From NCBI GenBank assembly GCA_024763135.1, contig JANTGD010000001.1, positions 1 through 54,002 of the forward strand: 54,002 nt of DNA, read 5' to 3'. A program made the translations under genes and the position numbers. How positions within the stretch are numbered: the stretch's first letter is position 1; every line of letters begins with the position of its first letter. The DNA comes from Thiotrichales bacterium (GTDB lineage: Bacteria > Pseudomonadota > Gammaproteobacteria > UWMA-0217). Under the pieces are notes generated by a model. The model made no database searches, had not been told where the DNA came from, and saw only the letters and a program-made list of their open reading frames with translations. Below, in pieces: positions 28,855-37,798 of this stretch.

Positions 28855-30690
28855 TCAGACTTCATGCAGATCCTGAGTTGCCAAACAAGCGTCGATACTC
28901 GCTGCCACGCGATGCCCATCAGCCACGGCGTGCACCACATCGGGACCATTAACACAATCTCCCGCGGACCACAGCCAAGGTTCAGAAGTCCGACCTGCTT
29001 CATCGACCTTCAAGCGTCCACGATTCCACTCCAACGCTTCGGTCAGATCTTCGCCGAGTAGAGACACATCCGCCATTTGACCGATGGCCTCAACCACCAT
29101 TTCACCCTCATGAAACTGTTCATCTGAACTATCGTACTGAGGTGCAAACCGATGCTGCTCATCGAAAATAGACAGAACACGCCACGTACACAATCCGTTG
29201 AGCCGCCCCTGATCATCAATGCGACACGCTTGGGGGCCCCGACTATCAAGTATCGTCACGCCTTCCTCCAGAGCCTCTTTCACTTCGACTGGATCCGCCA
29301 AAAACTGATCCCTGGGTTCCAGCGCTGTCAGCGTAATCTGAACCTCGCCATAGGTTTGCTTCTGTAAGCGTGCCAGAGACCGAGCAATATCCATGGCGAC
29401 GTTTCCACCGCCAATGACAACTGCACTCTTCGGAATGTCAAAGGGTTCTCGCAGCGTAATCATGCGCAGCAAATCTACTGCGGCCTTGACCTGGATATGC
29501 TCAGACCCAGGAATCCGAGTCGATCGCCCCAACTGCAGCCCAATGGCAAGTACGACGGCATCGAATTCATCGCGCAACGAACTCATGCTGCGATCTTTCC
29601 CAATCTCACATTGGTAATGAATTTTCACGCCAAGCGAGGTTATCACATCAATGTCCTGATCCAATTTGTCATAGGGCAAACGGTATTCAGGAATTCCAAA
29701 CCGAGGCATGCCGCCAGCTTTTTCCAAGCGTTCGAATACTTCCACTTCATGCCCTTTCTTGACAAGGTCGAAGGCCGCAGTCAAACCCGCAGGACCCGAG
29801 CCAATCACTGCGATCCGTTTCCCCGTCGGGACCTGGACCCGGCCTTCCGCAGCAATCTGCTTCACCCGCTCATGATCCACCGCATCCATGGCATACCGTT
29901 TTAACCAGCGAATCGCAATGGGTTCCCCACGGTGCCCAATTGAACATGCCGTCTCGCAGCGATGTGTACATACGCGCCCGCAAACATGAGAAAACGGGTT
30001 GCTTTGATACATCCATCGGACGGCATCTTCCGGGCGGCCTTCCCATATCGAACGAATATACTCCGGTGCATCCATATGGGTGGGGCAGGCATCATGACAC
30101 ATACCACATTGCACGCAGCGAGAAGCTTCCAACAAGGCGTGCTGCGCATCATAGCCCGCAACGATTTCATCGAAATTGTCACTGCGACTTTGTGGCTCCA
30201 ACTCTGGCATTTCCTCACGCTCCAAATCCACCAGATCGGTGGTTGGCGTCTTGGTCCAACCTTCGGGATACGGGGTGCCATGCATACCATCGGCGCTTGG
30301 CAGCATGAAATAACTGTCGAGCTGATCCTCCGTACAGACATGCACATATTCGCGAGACAGACTAATCGCAGCAGTAGGACAGACATCCACACACAAAGCA
30401 CACCAACAACAGCGACCATAATCAATTGCCGGACGCAGTGGGCGAATGCCCTTGATGGGGTCCTCTTTGGCCTCCGGGACATGCACCATCGTAATGGCTG
30501 CATTATCACAAACTTTCTGACAAGTCCCGCAACCGATACAGGACTCCCAATCGTTCAAATGAAACCCGCGATAAGTCTCCGTAGCCGGTCGCGGCCCAAG
30601 CGGTTCAGTAACCGGTTTGCGTGCAAAGAACTGCAGCGTCTTGAGGGGATTTAAAATACTCCCCTTGTCTTTGTATTTGATATCTGACAT
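28855..30690 (-). CDS. Fusion protein: NuoI/MbhN-type 2x[4Fe-4S] ferredoxin domain plus GltD/SudA-like NAD(P)H-dependent FAD oxidoreductase
   Basis: N-terminus has CIGCGTCQKVCD and CCWCALCVDVCP. It is followed by the GltD N-terminal Fe-S region (CVQCGMCHDACP, NPFSHVCGRVCTHRCETAC), the FAD motif VIGSGPAGLTAA and the NAD(P)H motif VIGGGNVAMDIA. Start placed at the ATG at 30690 (MSDIKYK), sharing 1 nt with the upstream stop (TGATG). Confidence 0.8.
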   Translation of the reverse strand: MSDIKYKDKGSILNPLKTLQFFARKPVTEPLGPRPATETYRGFHLNDWESCIGCGTCQKVCDNAAITMVHVPEAKEDPIKGIRPLRPAIDYGRCCWCALCVDVCPTAAISLSREYVHVCTEDQLDSYFMLPSADGMHGTPYPEGWTKTPTTDLVDLEREEMPELEPQSRSDNFDEIVAGYDAQHALLEASRCVQCGMCHDACPTHMDAPEYIRSIWEGRPEDAVRWMYQSNPFSHVCGRVCTHRCETACSIGHRGEPIAIRWLKRYAMDAVDHERVKQIAAEGRVQVPTGKRIAVIGSGPAGLTAAFDLVKKGHEVEVFERLEKAGGMPRFGIPEYRLPYDKLDQDIDVITSLGVKIHYQCEIGKDRSMSSLRDEFDAVVLAIGLQLGRSTRIPGSEHIQVKAAVDLLRMITLREPFDIPKSAVVIGGGNVAMDIARSLARLQKQTYGEVQITLTALEPRDQFLADPVEVKEALEEGVTILDSRGPQACRIDDQGRLNGLCTWRVLSIFDEQHRFAPQYDSSDEQFHEGEMVVEAIGQMADVSLLGEDLTEALEWNRGRLKVDEAGRTSEPWLWSAGDCVNGPDVVHAVADGHRVAASIDACLATQDLHEV

Positions 30691-31832
30691 CAGCGATCCA
30701 CCTCTGGCGGGCACGCATCCAGTGAAAACATAATTTGCGCCACATCTTCGAGCCGCGCACCCTCAGCAAGCCATTCCAAAACCTGGACCGCATGCATGGA
30801 CGACGGCCCGCGGACATGCACTCGATAGGGTTTGTCCCCTCCATTTGAAACAGCATAATAGGCGAGCTCACCCTTGGAGGATTCAACTCGCGCATAGGTT
30901 TCACCTGCCGGTACATTCCAGGCCAGAGGGTTGGGGATCGGCGCCCGGACCGGCCCACCAATCGATGGCAGACGCTCAATAACCTGCCTCAAAATACGAA
31001 AACTTTGCTTCAATTCGGCACGCCGCACCATGGCGCGCGCCCACGCGTCACCTGCCGCTTCGGTAGGCACATCAAATTCGAGCTGTTCATACACCAAATA
31101 AGGATCATCCCGACGTACATCGAACGCCAGCCCGGTAGCCCGAAGATTCGGACCGGTAACACCCCACTCCAGCGCTTGCTCCTGAGTCATTGCGCCCACA
31201 TCCTTAGCACGCGTAATGAACACCTGGTTGGTAAACAAAAGATTGTCATAATCTGGCAGCCGAGATTCGAGGTAATCCAACGTCTGGCTGACCTGCTCCA
31301 AGAATCCTGGTGGAACATCCCGCCGCGTACCCCCTGGGATGTTGAAAATATGATAGACGCGGCCGCCCGTGAGGGCCTCGAATAAATCGAGTATCAGATC
31401 TCGGTCGGCAATTCCCCAATAGCTGGTCGTATACATGCCAGTGGTCGCAGCATGCCCGCCAAAGGTGAACAAATGCGCTGCAATTCGCGAAAGTTCGAGC
31501 TGCAGCACCCGCAGCCACTGAGCGCGTTCTGGCACTTCCAAGCCACACAAGTCCTCTACCGCCATAGAATAGGTGACTTCCATGGGCACGGGATCCGGTA
31601 CACAGATGCGCGGAACCAGGGCAATATTCTGGATCCACAAACGACCCTCCATCAGCTTTTCGAAACCCCGATGGAGATAGCCGCCATCGGCTTTTCCAGC
31701 GAGCACGACATCTCCATGCAATTTGAGTTTGAAGGCATAATTACCTTCGATCCCGGGATGATTGGGTCCGATAAAAAGTTCGTATTCGTTGCTCGGTGGA
31801 TGGCTCTGCGCCTGATAGTTTTCGGGCCTCAT
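30690..31832 (-). CDS. NuoD / group-4 [NiFe]-hydrogenase large-subunit homolog with incomplete metal ligands (MbxL/Ehr-like)
   Basis: Contains GPNHPGIEG, GYLHRGFEKL and NIPGG blocks. The L1 position reads PRICVPDP where hydrogenases have RxCGxC. The C-terminus reads SLDACPPEVDR where hydrogenases have DPCxxCxxR. Start at the ATG at 31832 gives an ATGA overlap with the upstream stop. Confidence 0.8.
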   Translation of the reverse strand: MRPENYQAQSHPPSNEYELFIGPNHPGIEGNYAFKLKLHGDVVLAGKADGGYLHRGFEKLMEGRLWIQNIALVPRICVPDPVPMEVTYSMAVEDLCGLEVPERAQWLRVLQLELSRIAAHLFTFGGHAATTGMYTTSYWGIADRDLILDLFEALTGGRVYHIFNIPGGTRRDVPPGFLEQVSQTLDYLESRLPDYDNLLFTNQVFITRAKDVGAMTQEQALEWGVTGPNLRATGLAFDVRRDDPYLVYEQLEFDVPTEAAGDAWARAMVRRAELKQSFRILRQVIERLPSIGGPVRAPIPNPLAWNVPAGETYARVESSKGELAYYAVSNGGDKPYRVHVRGPSSMHAVQVLEWLAEGARLEDVAQIMFSLDACPPEVDR

Positions 31833-32392
31833 CGACGCACCTCCTCGGGCCGGATCGCCACGCCACCCCCCTCTTCCTCCAGCTCCTTGAGCCAATCCGG
31901 GTGATAAGACTGCCAGTTGAAGGTTTCCTGTACGTAGGCTTCCGCATCAAAATCCTTACGCATGGGGGGTGGGCCATCCCACTCAGTGAGAATGAATTTT
32001 TCCATATGCGGACTGCCCTCGAAATAGACGCCGAACATTTCAAAAATGTCCCGTTCAAAAAAAGCCGCAGGCTTATACAGATCGTACACCGAAATATATC
32101 GAGCTGTTTCACGAGGAATACGGGTATGCGCCGAAACTAAATGATTAGATTCGTAAGACCATAGGTGGTAAACCAGCTCAAACTCGTTGTCTTCAATCCA
32201 ATCGACACAGCTGATGGCCGAAAGATGCACGTAGGAAGCCCGGCCTTTCAAAAGCTCCAATAAACCAGGCAGTGCCTCACGCGTCACATCGATGCGTACC
32301 CGGCGCGGGCTGGTCTGCCGATACTCGAGGGACTCGAGTTCGCGTAAAATGGTAACCAGGTGCGTGTCTAATTCGCGCTCAGTCATGCTCAA
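31829..32392 (-). CDS. NuoC / hydrogenase 30-kDa subunit homolog (MbhK/MbxK-like)
   Basis: 187 aa. Complex I 30-kDa-like core (LSAISCVDW..FELVYHLWS..ERDIFEMFGVYFEG). Confidence 0.8.
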   Translation of the reverse strand: MSMTERELDTHLVTILRELESLEYRQTSPRRVRIDVTREALPGLLELLKGRASYVHLSAISCVDWIEDNEFELVYHLWSYESNHLVSAHTRIPRETARYISVYDLYKPAAFFERDIFEMFGVYFEGSPHMEKFILTEWDGPPPMRKDFDAEAYVQETFNWQSYHPDWLKELEEEGGGVAIRPEEVRR

Positions 32393-32395
32393 AAC

Positions 32396-33103
32396 TCACT
32401 TTAAGCGCAGTTTATGCGCGACAAGGGGCTGCTGATACTGCTGCAGAATACGCGTATGTTCACCTTCTGTCTCCGGACCGGCCAAACCGTAATGTTGCGC
32501 CTGACCGATGACATCAGTGGGTGTTTGCCAGTTGTCACCAAACAGATGCTGCTGGTTACCCAGGTAATAGTCATAGCGTTGATAGTAATCCTTCCACGGC
32601 TCCGTCTCGCCCGACTGGATATTGGCCATCAACGCGCGCATCCCTTCGATGACGGCCTCTGGTCTCGGCATGCAGCCCGCGATGTATAAATCCACCGGCA
32701 GATATTCACTAAGCTTTTTGGCCGTGGCGTAGCTTTGCCAGTACATCCCGCCATTGACCGTACAAGAGCAAATGCCAATCACATACTTAGGGGAGGGCAT
32801 CTGTTCATAAGTCAAAATAATGCGCTTCAGCGTCTTTACCGAAACATAGCCCGTTACCAATAGAATATCCGCCTGACGCGGCGTCACCATCGGTTGAATC
32901 CCCAAGCGCTCCATGTCAAAGCGTGAGGTCATGGCCGGAGGCAGCTCAATAGCGCCACAACCCGTACAATAGTGCAGCATGTACATAGAACGCGACTGCG
33001 CGAAGCGCACCAGCTCGTCGAAGACACCTGCCAAAGGATTGGTGCGCGCCTCCTCCGGTGCGTGTTTTTCGGTATGAATAGGAATTTTGCTCAGATCGCT
33101 CAT
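32396..33103 (-). CDS. NuoB / hydrogenase small-subunit homolog (MbhJ/MbxJ-like), [4Fe-4S]
   Basis: 235 aa. Cys motifs YCTGCGAIE, GICSCTVNGG and GCMPRPEA occupy the positions of the NuoB N2-cluster ligands. About 40 aa of N-terminal extension. Confidence 0.8.
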   Translation of the reverse strand: MSDLSKIPIHTEKHAPEEARTNPLAGVFDELVRFAQSRSMYMLHYCTGCGAIELPPAMTSRFDMERLGIQPMVTPRQADILLVTGYVSVKTLKRIILTYEQMPSPKYVIGICSCTVNGGMYWQSYATAKKLSEYLPVDLYIAGCMPRPEAVIEGMRALMANIQSGETEPWKDYYQRYDYYLGNQQHLFGDNWQTPTDVIGQAQHYGLAGPETEGEHTRILQQYQQPLVAHKLRLK

Positions 33104-33115
33104 CGGCTTACCTCT

Positions 33116-34006
33116 TTAATACATAACGAATGCGATGCCCAGCAATCCAGCCAATACTGGCCACTTCCACATTAGGCGTAGCATATCTTCAGTGCGATAG
33201 CGGGGGAATGTAAAAGCAATCATCATGGGAATAGCAACAACCGCAAAAATCTTGATTAGAAAATCTAACCAATGGGTGCCCCCACCTAGAAACAAGGTCG
33301 TATACAGCACACCCGCGGTATACAGTTGGAAACACTGCATGACAAAAAGCCCGCCCATGTACTTACCGCCCATTTCCACCATTGGGCCGGTGGCAATTTC
33401 AGCGGGCGCCACATAGATCTCGAACGGCTGTTTACCCATCATGCCTTGGAGTGCAAACAGTCCAGCCAATGCCAACAGTGGCATTTCAAAGGCCCCCCAG
33501 CCTTGGGCCTGTTGCAGGCTGATCATCTCTGACAAATCCGTGGTGCCGTAATGCCAGGCCACACCAAAAATCACGATGACAAAAGGGATGTCATAGGCGA
33601 GCATGGCAGTCAAAGCACGAGAAATTCCGATCGATCCATTGGGATTAGCGCATTGCCCCACACCCAATGCCAACCCCAGCGAAGGAATCATAAGAAAATA
33701 AGTCAGCGTAATAATACCACCCTTGTCGCTCAGACCATCCATGCCCGGCACGGGTAGTAAGCTTTCCGCCGCCAAGTACCCACCCACGGCCATAATAATA
33801 CCGATGTCGTGAAGCAACCCATGCGAAACTTGCGTAGTCTTGCTGTAGAATTTGATAATGTCGATTAGAGGTTGAAAAAACGGCGGACCAACACGCCGTT
33901 GTAATTTCGCCGCAATTTTGCGCAGCATCAACACCATAAAAAGTCCGATCACAAAAGCCACAATCGGCATTAAGATAATATCCGCGATCCGCTTTCCAAT
34001 CTCCAT
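33116..34006 (-). CDS. NuoH / MbhM-like membrane subunit
   Basis: Polytopic, with a NuoH-like RRVGPPFFQPLIDIIKF block. Start placed at the internal ATG at 34006 (MEIGKR), sharing 1 nt with the upstream stop (TAATG). Confidence 0.78.
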   Translation of the reverse strand: MEIGKRIADIILMPIVAFVIGLFMVLMLRKIAAKLQRRVGPPFFQPLIDIIKFYSKTTQVSHGLLHDIGIIMAVGGYLAAESLLPVPGMDGLSDKGGIITLTYFLMIPSLGLALGVGQCANPNGSIGISRALTAMLAYDIPFVIVIFGVAWHYGTTDLSEMISLQQAQGWGAFEMPLLALAGLFALQGMMGKQPFEIYVAPAEIATGPMVEMGGKYMGGLFVMQCFQLYTAGVLYTTLFLGGGTHWLDFLIKIFAVVAIPMMIAFTFPRYRTEDMLRLMWKWPVLAGLLGIAFVMY

Positions 34007-35874
34007 TAGCTCACCATCCAAAGCACAATCACGGCCATCGCCAGCATGGGTAAGGCGGGTTGCATTAAACGATAGAAGGTCGCTGACCACTGCGCCAAAA
34101 AGCTCGCCAGTGACGCCACTACGGATTCAAACCACAGAAAACTGCCTCGATACCAGTGCCCGATTCTATGCATCAAGCCCGCGTAGAAATGGTCGGAATA
34201 GTGGTAACGCACATCGGCACTGAGGAAATGTCCACCGGCATAATTATCAAGTTGATGGACCGGCTCTGAACGTCCCGTTGCATAGAACAGCAAAGCACTG
34301 ACCCCGAAACCGGCAAATAACACCAGGACAAGCATTATCATGTCCAACCCCCCATGTGCATCAGCCACACCACCGAGTGTGTGTGGTAGCACCGGCAAGC
34401 CTACTGCTGCCTGCACTGCAGCTACCCAATCCAACACGATCCCAGGCATAAACCCAGTAAGAAAAATGATCAATGCAAGTACCATCATGGGAATGACCAT
34501 ACTCCAGGGGGCCTCTTGCACGGGTTCATGCTCCAGACGCAGCTGCCCAAGAAACGTATTATGAATGAGCTTGTATACCGATAGAATCGTTCCAAGTGTA
34601 CCGATGACCGAGGCCACAAATAATAACGGCATGCCCTCGCTCAGCAACGAACGATACACCATCCATTTAGATACAAAACCATTCATCGGGGGGATACCCG
34701 CTAAACCAATAATGCCCACAAGCATCGCCACAAAAGTCAGGGGCATGCGGGTAAACAAGCCACCAAGTTTATTGAGATCGGCAGTCCCGGTGCGATACAC
34801 CACAGCAAATACCGCCAATAGCAGTACTGCTTGGTTGGTGGCGTAATTAAAGATATGCAGAATACCGCCCGCAGAACCCAATGCGCTTGCCGATAGAATC
34901 CCCATCAGCATGTAGCCACCTTGACCAATGCCGTGCCACGCCAACAACCTGCGCGCATCATTCTGCTTCAGTGCCGTATAGGTGGGCAAGATAATGGTAA
35001 AAGCCGCTATCCACATCAATACATCGCGCAGACTCAGGAATGTTAAAGGGATGTGAACTTCAATCAGCCTGATCAAACCAATCAACTGAACCCAGACCAG
35101 CATCATTCCATAGAGTCCCATTCGGGAAGAAATAGCGCCTAGAAAAGCCATACCTGGCCCGGGCGTTTCTGCATATGCGCCCGCCTGCCAAAGGTGAAAG
35201 GGTAAAATCCCCATTTTTACGGCGAAACCCGCCCCAAAGAGCACGGTAAGCAGAGTAATCAGTCCTACCGACCACTGATCGACCGCGGCCATAAAATCCG
35301 CATAATTCAATGATCCAGTCAAATGGAACACGATACCCAAGGCCGCCAGCATTGACATAGCACCGGCCGTGGCATAGGTGATATAGCGCAAAGACCATTT
35401 CAGAGCGGGACCAGCTGCTAACGCCATAAGTAGAAAGCTGGCCCAACTCACCAGTTCCCAGGCGATAAATAAGGATAAAAAGTCACCGCTAGCCAGCAAC
35501 AACAACATCGTAAACACGTTGAGCGCAAGTGCAAATTGAAGCCAACCAGGTGAGCGACCCGCTGCCCGATAGTGATCACTCCAGGCCCCAGTAGCATAGA
35601 CGCTGCTGACCAATCCAGCTCCTAGCGTAATTAAAGCGAAGTACCAGGACATTGCATCATAGCGCAAGACCAATGGTTGCCCGAACAAATCCCAGGCCAG
35701 CCCGGAAGTAACCGCCGGTGCACCGTAACCCAAAGGCGCCAACAAAAAGAGTACCAGAAGTTGTAGACCTAAACCCAACGAAGCAACATAACCTACCCAA
35801 CGCGTTCTGACTGTCGCCAAAGTAGCGATCAAGGTTCCTAATGCCGTTAACAATAGCGCGTCCAGTAGACTCAT
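34006..35874 (-). CDS. Antiporter-like subunit, MrpD/NuoL-family (second copy, MbxH-prime-like)
   Basis: 622 aa, about 16 or more predicted TM helices, proton-antiporter-M type blocks (FIAWELVSWASFLLM, WHGIGQGGYMLMG). Confidence 0.8.
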   Translation of the reverse strand: MSLLDALLLTALGTLIATLATVRTRWVGYVASLGLGLQLLVLFLLAPLGYGAPAVTSGLAWDLFGQPLVLRYDAMSWYFALITLGAGLVSSVYATGAWSDHYRAAGRSPGWLQFALALNVFTMLLLLASGDFLSLFIAWELVSWASFLLMALAAGPALKWSLRYITYATAGAMSMLAALGIVFHLTGSLNYADFMAAVDQWSVGLITLLTVLFGAGFAVKMGILPFHLWQAGAYAETPGPGMAFLGAISSRMGLYGMMLVWVQLIGLIRLIEVHIPLTFLSLRDVLMWIAAFTIILPTYTALKQNDARRLLAWHGIGQGGYMLMGILSASALGSAGGILHIFNYATNQAVLLLAVFAVVYRTGTADLNKLGGLFTRMPLTFVAMLVGIIGLAGIPPMNGFVSKWMVYRSLLSEGMPLLFVASVIGTLGTILSVYKLIHNTFLGQLRLEHEPVQEAPWSMVIPMMVLALIIFLTGFMPGIVLDWVAAVQAAVGLPVLPHTLGGVADAHGGLDMIMLVLVLFAGFGVSALLFYATGRSEPVHQLDNYAGGHFLSADVRYHYSDHFYAGLMHRIGHWYRGSFLWFESVVASLASFLAQWSATFYRLMQPALPMLAMAVIVLWMVS

Positions 35875-37334
35875 GGCAGCTCCCTCCCGGCACCAAGCAC
35901 CGTGGTGACATACAATTCTCGATCCGCCAGCTGGTCCGCTACTCCCGCCAGCCAGTTACCCACAGGTGTAATCATGACAGTAGCGATCAATAAAACAGCG
36001 CCGAGAATCAGTGACGGCCCCAGACTGCCGGCATCATGCACAGGCACTTTAGCGGACCGTGACTCTGAACCCGCTTTGAATAAGCCAAGTCCAAACCGAA
36101 ACAGATAGTTGGCTTCGAAAACCGTTGCCAGCAAAATAATGCCCGCGCCCGTCCAATATATCCAATTGTCCTGTCCGAGCAGACCGAGTAGCGTCATTAG
36201 TTTCGCCCAAAATCCAGGCAAAGGAGGGACACCAATCAAAGACAATGCAAACAAAATGAACAAGCCGGCAGCCCATGGTGATTTCCACCCCGCGCCGGCC
36301 AATCCGGCAAAGCCCCCAGACCATCGCTCGGCCAATACAAACAATGCGGGTTTGACAATAAGGTGATGCATGGCCACTGCGAGACCAGCGAAGAGTCCTG
36401 CTTGCCCAGGAATGGAAAACGCCATGAGCACCAACCCCAGCTGACCAATGGAAGAGAATGCCAGCATGCGTTCAAAGTCTTTTGCATGCCAGGCAGCCAG
36501 TTCGCCGAGTAATACGCCTAACGCTCCGATAACTAGCAGTAGCGTAAGGGCTTCAGGCTGAGGGAATAATAAGACCAGCAAGCGGATTATCACTATGATT
36601 GCGAGCTTCGAGATCAAGCCTGCCAGCAACGCAGATACTCTTTGCGAAGCCGTCGCGTACACTTCAGGAACCCAGATGTTAACGGGAAACAATTCCGCCT
36701 TCACACCAATCCCCAGCAGTATCAGCACAAACGCTGTGAGGCCCAAAGTATTATCCAGTGTGGTTGCCGAGAGCAGCGTTAAATGTGCGAGGTTGAGCGT
36801 TCCGGTTTGAGTATAGATGAGCGCGATTCCCGTGAGCGCCATCACGGTACCCATGCCACTGATGATGACGTAGCGCAATGTGGCTGCCAGTGCCGCACCT
36901 GTTTTTGGAGCGGCAACCAGTCCAAAGGAGGCCACCGAAACGAGTTCATAGAAAACGTAAAGATTAAACAGATCGCCCGAGAGCGCCATACCGGACGCGG
37001 CGGACACCATTAACAACATCAACGCAGCAACGCGGGCATCGCGCCAGGCTGCATGCGGCCACAATAACAATGCCAGCAAAGAGGTCGCCAACGCAAAAAC
37101 GAGTGCGAGTTGATCCAAATAGAAGGTGATGCCCAACGGAGGCTGAAAGCCACCCAGTTCGATATGACTGGGAACGCCCCCTGAATCTCGCCACAGTACA
37201 ATGACTACCAAACTCGTCAGTAGGAGTAATGCAGGCCCCAATAGCCTCCCTACCCACCCAACACTCCGTGCACCGACCGGCAAAAGAAAAGCCCCCAACA
37301 AGGGCAGCGCGACCACCAATGCGATAAGATTCAC
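35871..37334 (-). CDS. Antiporter-like subunit, MrpD/NuoM-family (MbxH-like)
   Basis: 487 aa polytopic protein with YVFYELVSVASFGLVA and FSSIGQLGLVLMAF blocks typical of MrpD/NuoM/NuoN. Confidence 0.8.
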   Translation of the reverse strand: MNLIALVVALPLLGAFLLPVGARSVGWVGRLLGPALLLLTSLVVIVLWRDSGGVPSHIELGGFQPPLGITFYLDQLALVFALATSLLALLLWPHAAWRDARVAALMLLMVSAASGMALSGDLFNLYVFYELVSVASFGLVAAPKTGAALAATLRYVIISGMGTVMALTGIALIYTQTGTLNLAHLTLLSATTLDNTLGLTAFVLILLGIGVKAELFPVNIWVPEVYATASQRVSALLAGLISKLAIIVIIRLLVLLFPQPEALTLLLVIGALGVLLGELAAWHAKDFERMLAFSSIGQLGLVLMAFSIPGQAGLFAGLAVAMHHLIVKPALFVLAERWSGGFAGLAGAGWKSPWAAGLFILFALSLIGVPPLPGFWAKLMTLLGLLGQDNWIYWTGAGIILLATVFEANYLFRFGLGLFKAGSESRSAKVPVHDAGSLGPSLILGAVLLIATVMITPVGNWLAGVADQLADRELYVTTVLGAGRELP

Positions 37335-37798
37335 GAGCGCCCCTCCTCTGCCGCAACCGTCGGCCCGATCACCTCTCTGCCCGAAGGCTCTTCTTGGCTT
37401 AGGTCTCCGGTCACACCAGCTTGAGCATCAATGTCCGCCTGCATGGCAGCACGAATCTCGTCGATATCCAGACTGTGGTAGGCCTCCTTGACTCGAATCG
37501 CCAAGCTGAGCGCCAAGGCCTGAATACCTACTCCGATGACGATCGCTGTCAACACCATCGCCTGAGGGACAGGATCCACCATCTGCTCTGGCCAGACACC
37601 CGCCACCATAATCGGGGCATGCCCATGCAACCGATATCCAGCGATGACCAGCATTAAGTTTGCACCTGCCTCTGCAATTGCTAAAGACAGAATGATGCGA
37701 AAGAGGTGCCGGCTCCAGATAATACCGACTAAACCAATTGCAATCAGACCAATCGCACCGGTATAGAGAATCCATTGAAGGTCGAACACCATACTCAT
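37331..37798 (-). CDS. MrpC / NuoK-like subunit (MbhG-like) with hydrophilic C-terminal tail
   Basis: 155 aa. Three TM helices with an AIAEAGANLMLV core, then an acidic tail of about 50 aa. Confidence 0.72.
   Translation of the reverse strand: MSMVFDLQWILYTGAIGLIAIGLVGIIWSRHLFRIILSLAIAEAGANLMLVIAGYRLHGHAPIMVAGVWPEQMVDPVPQAMVLTAIVIGVGIQALALSLAIRVKEAYHSLDIDEIRAAMQADIDAQAGVTGDLSQEEPSGREVIGPTVAAEEGRS

Noticed and set aside
30690-31895. Annotation of the large subunit as a functional [NiFe]-hydrogenase, or of the locus as a nuo or hyf operon
   Set aside because: Two of the four NiFe cysteine ligands are replaced (PRICVPDP and DACPPEVDR). No hyp or protease maturation genes lie nearby, and there are no NuoE/F/G/A/J equivalents. 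The 21-codon N-terminal extension in the ORF track was also rejected in favour of the ATGA-coupled start at 31832.
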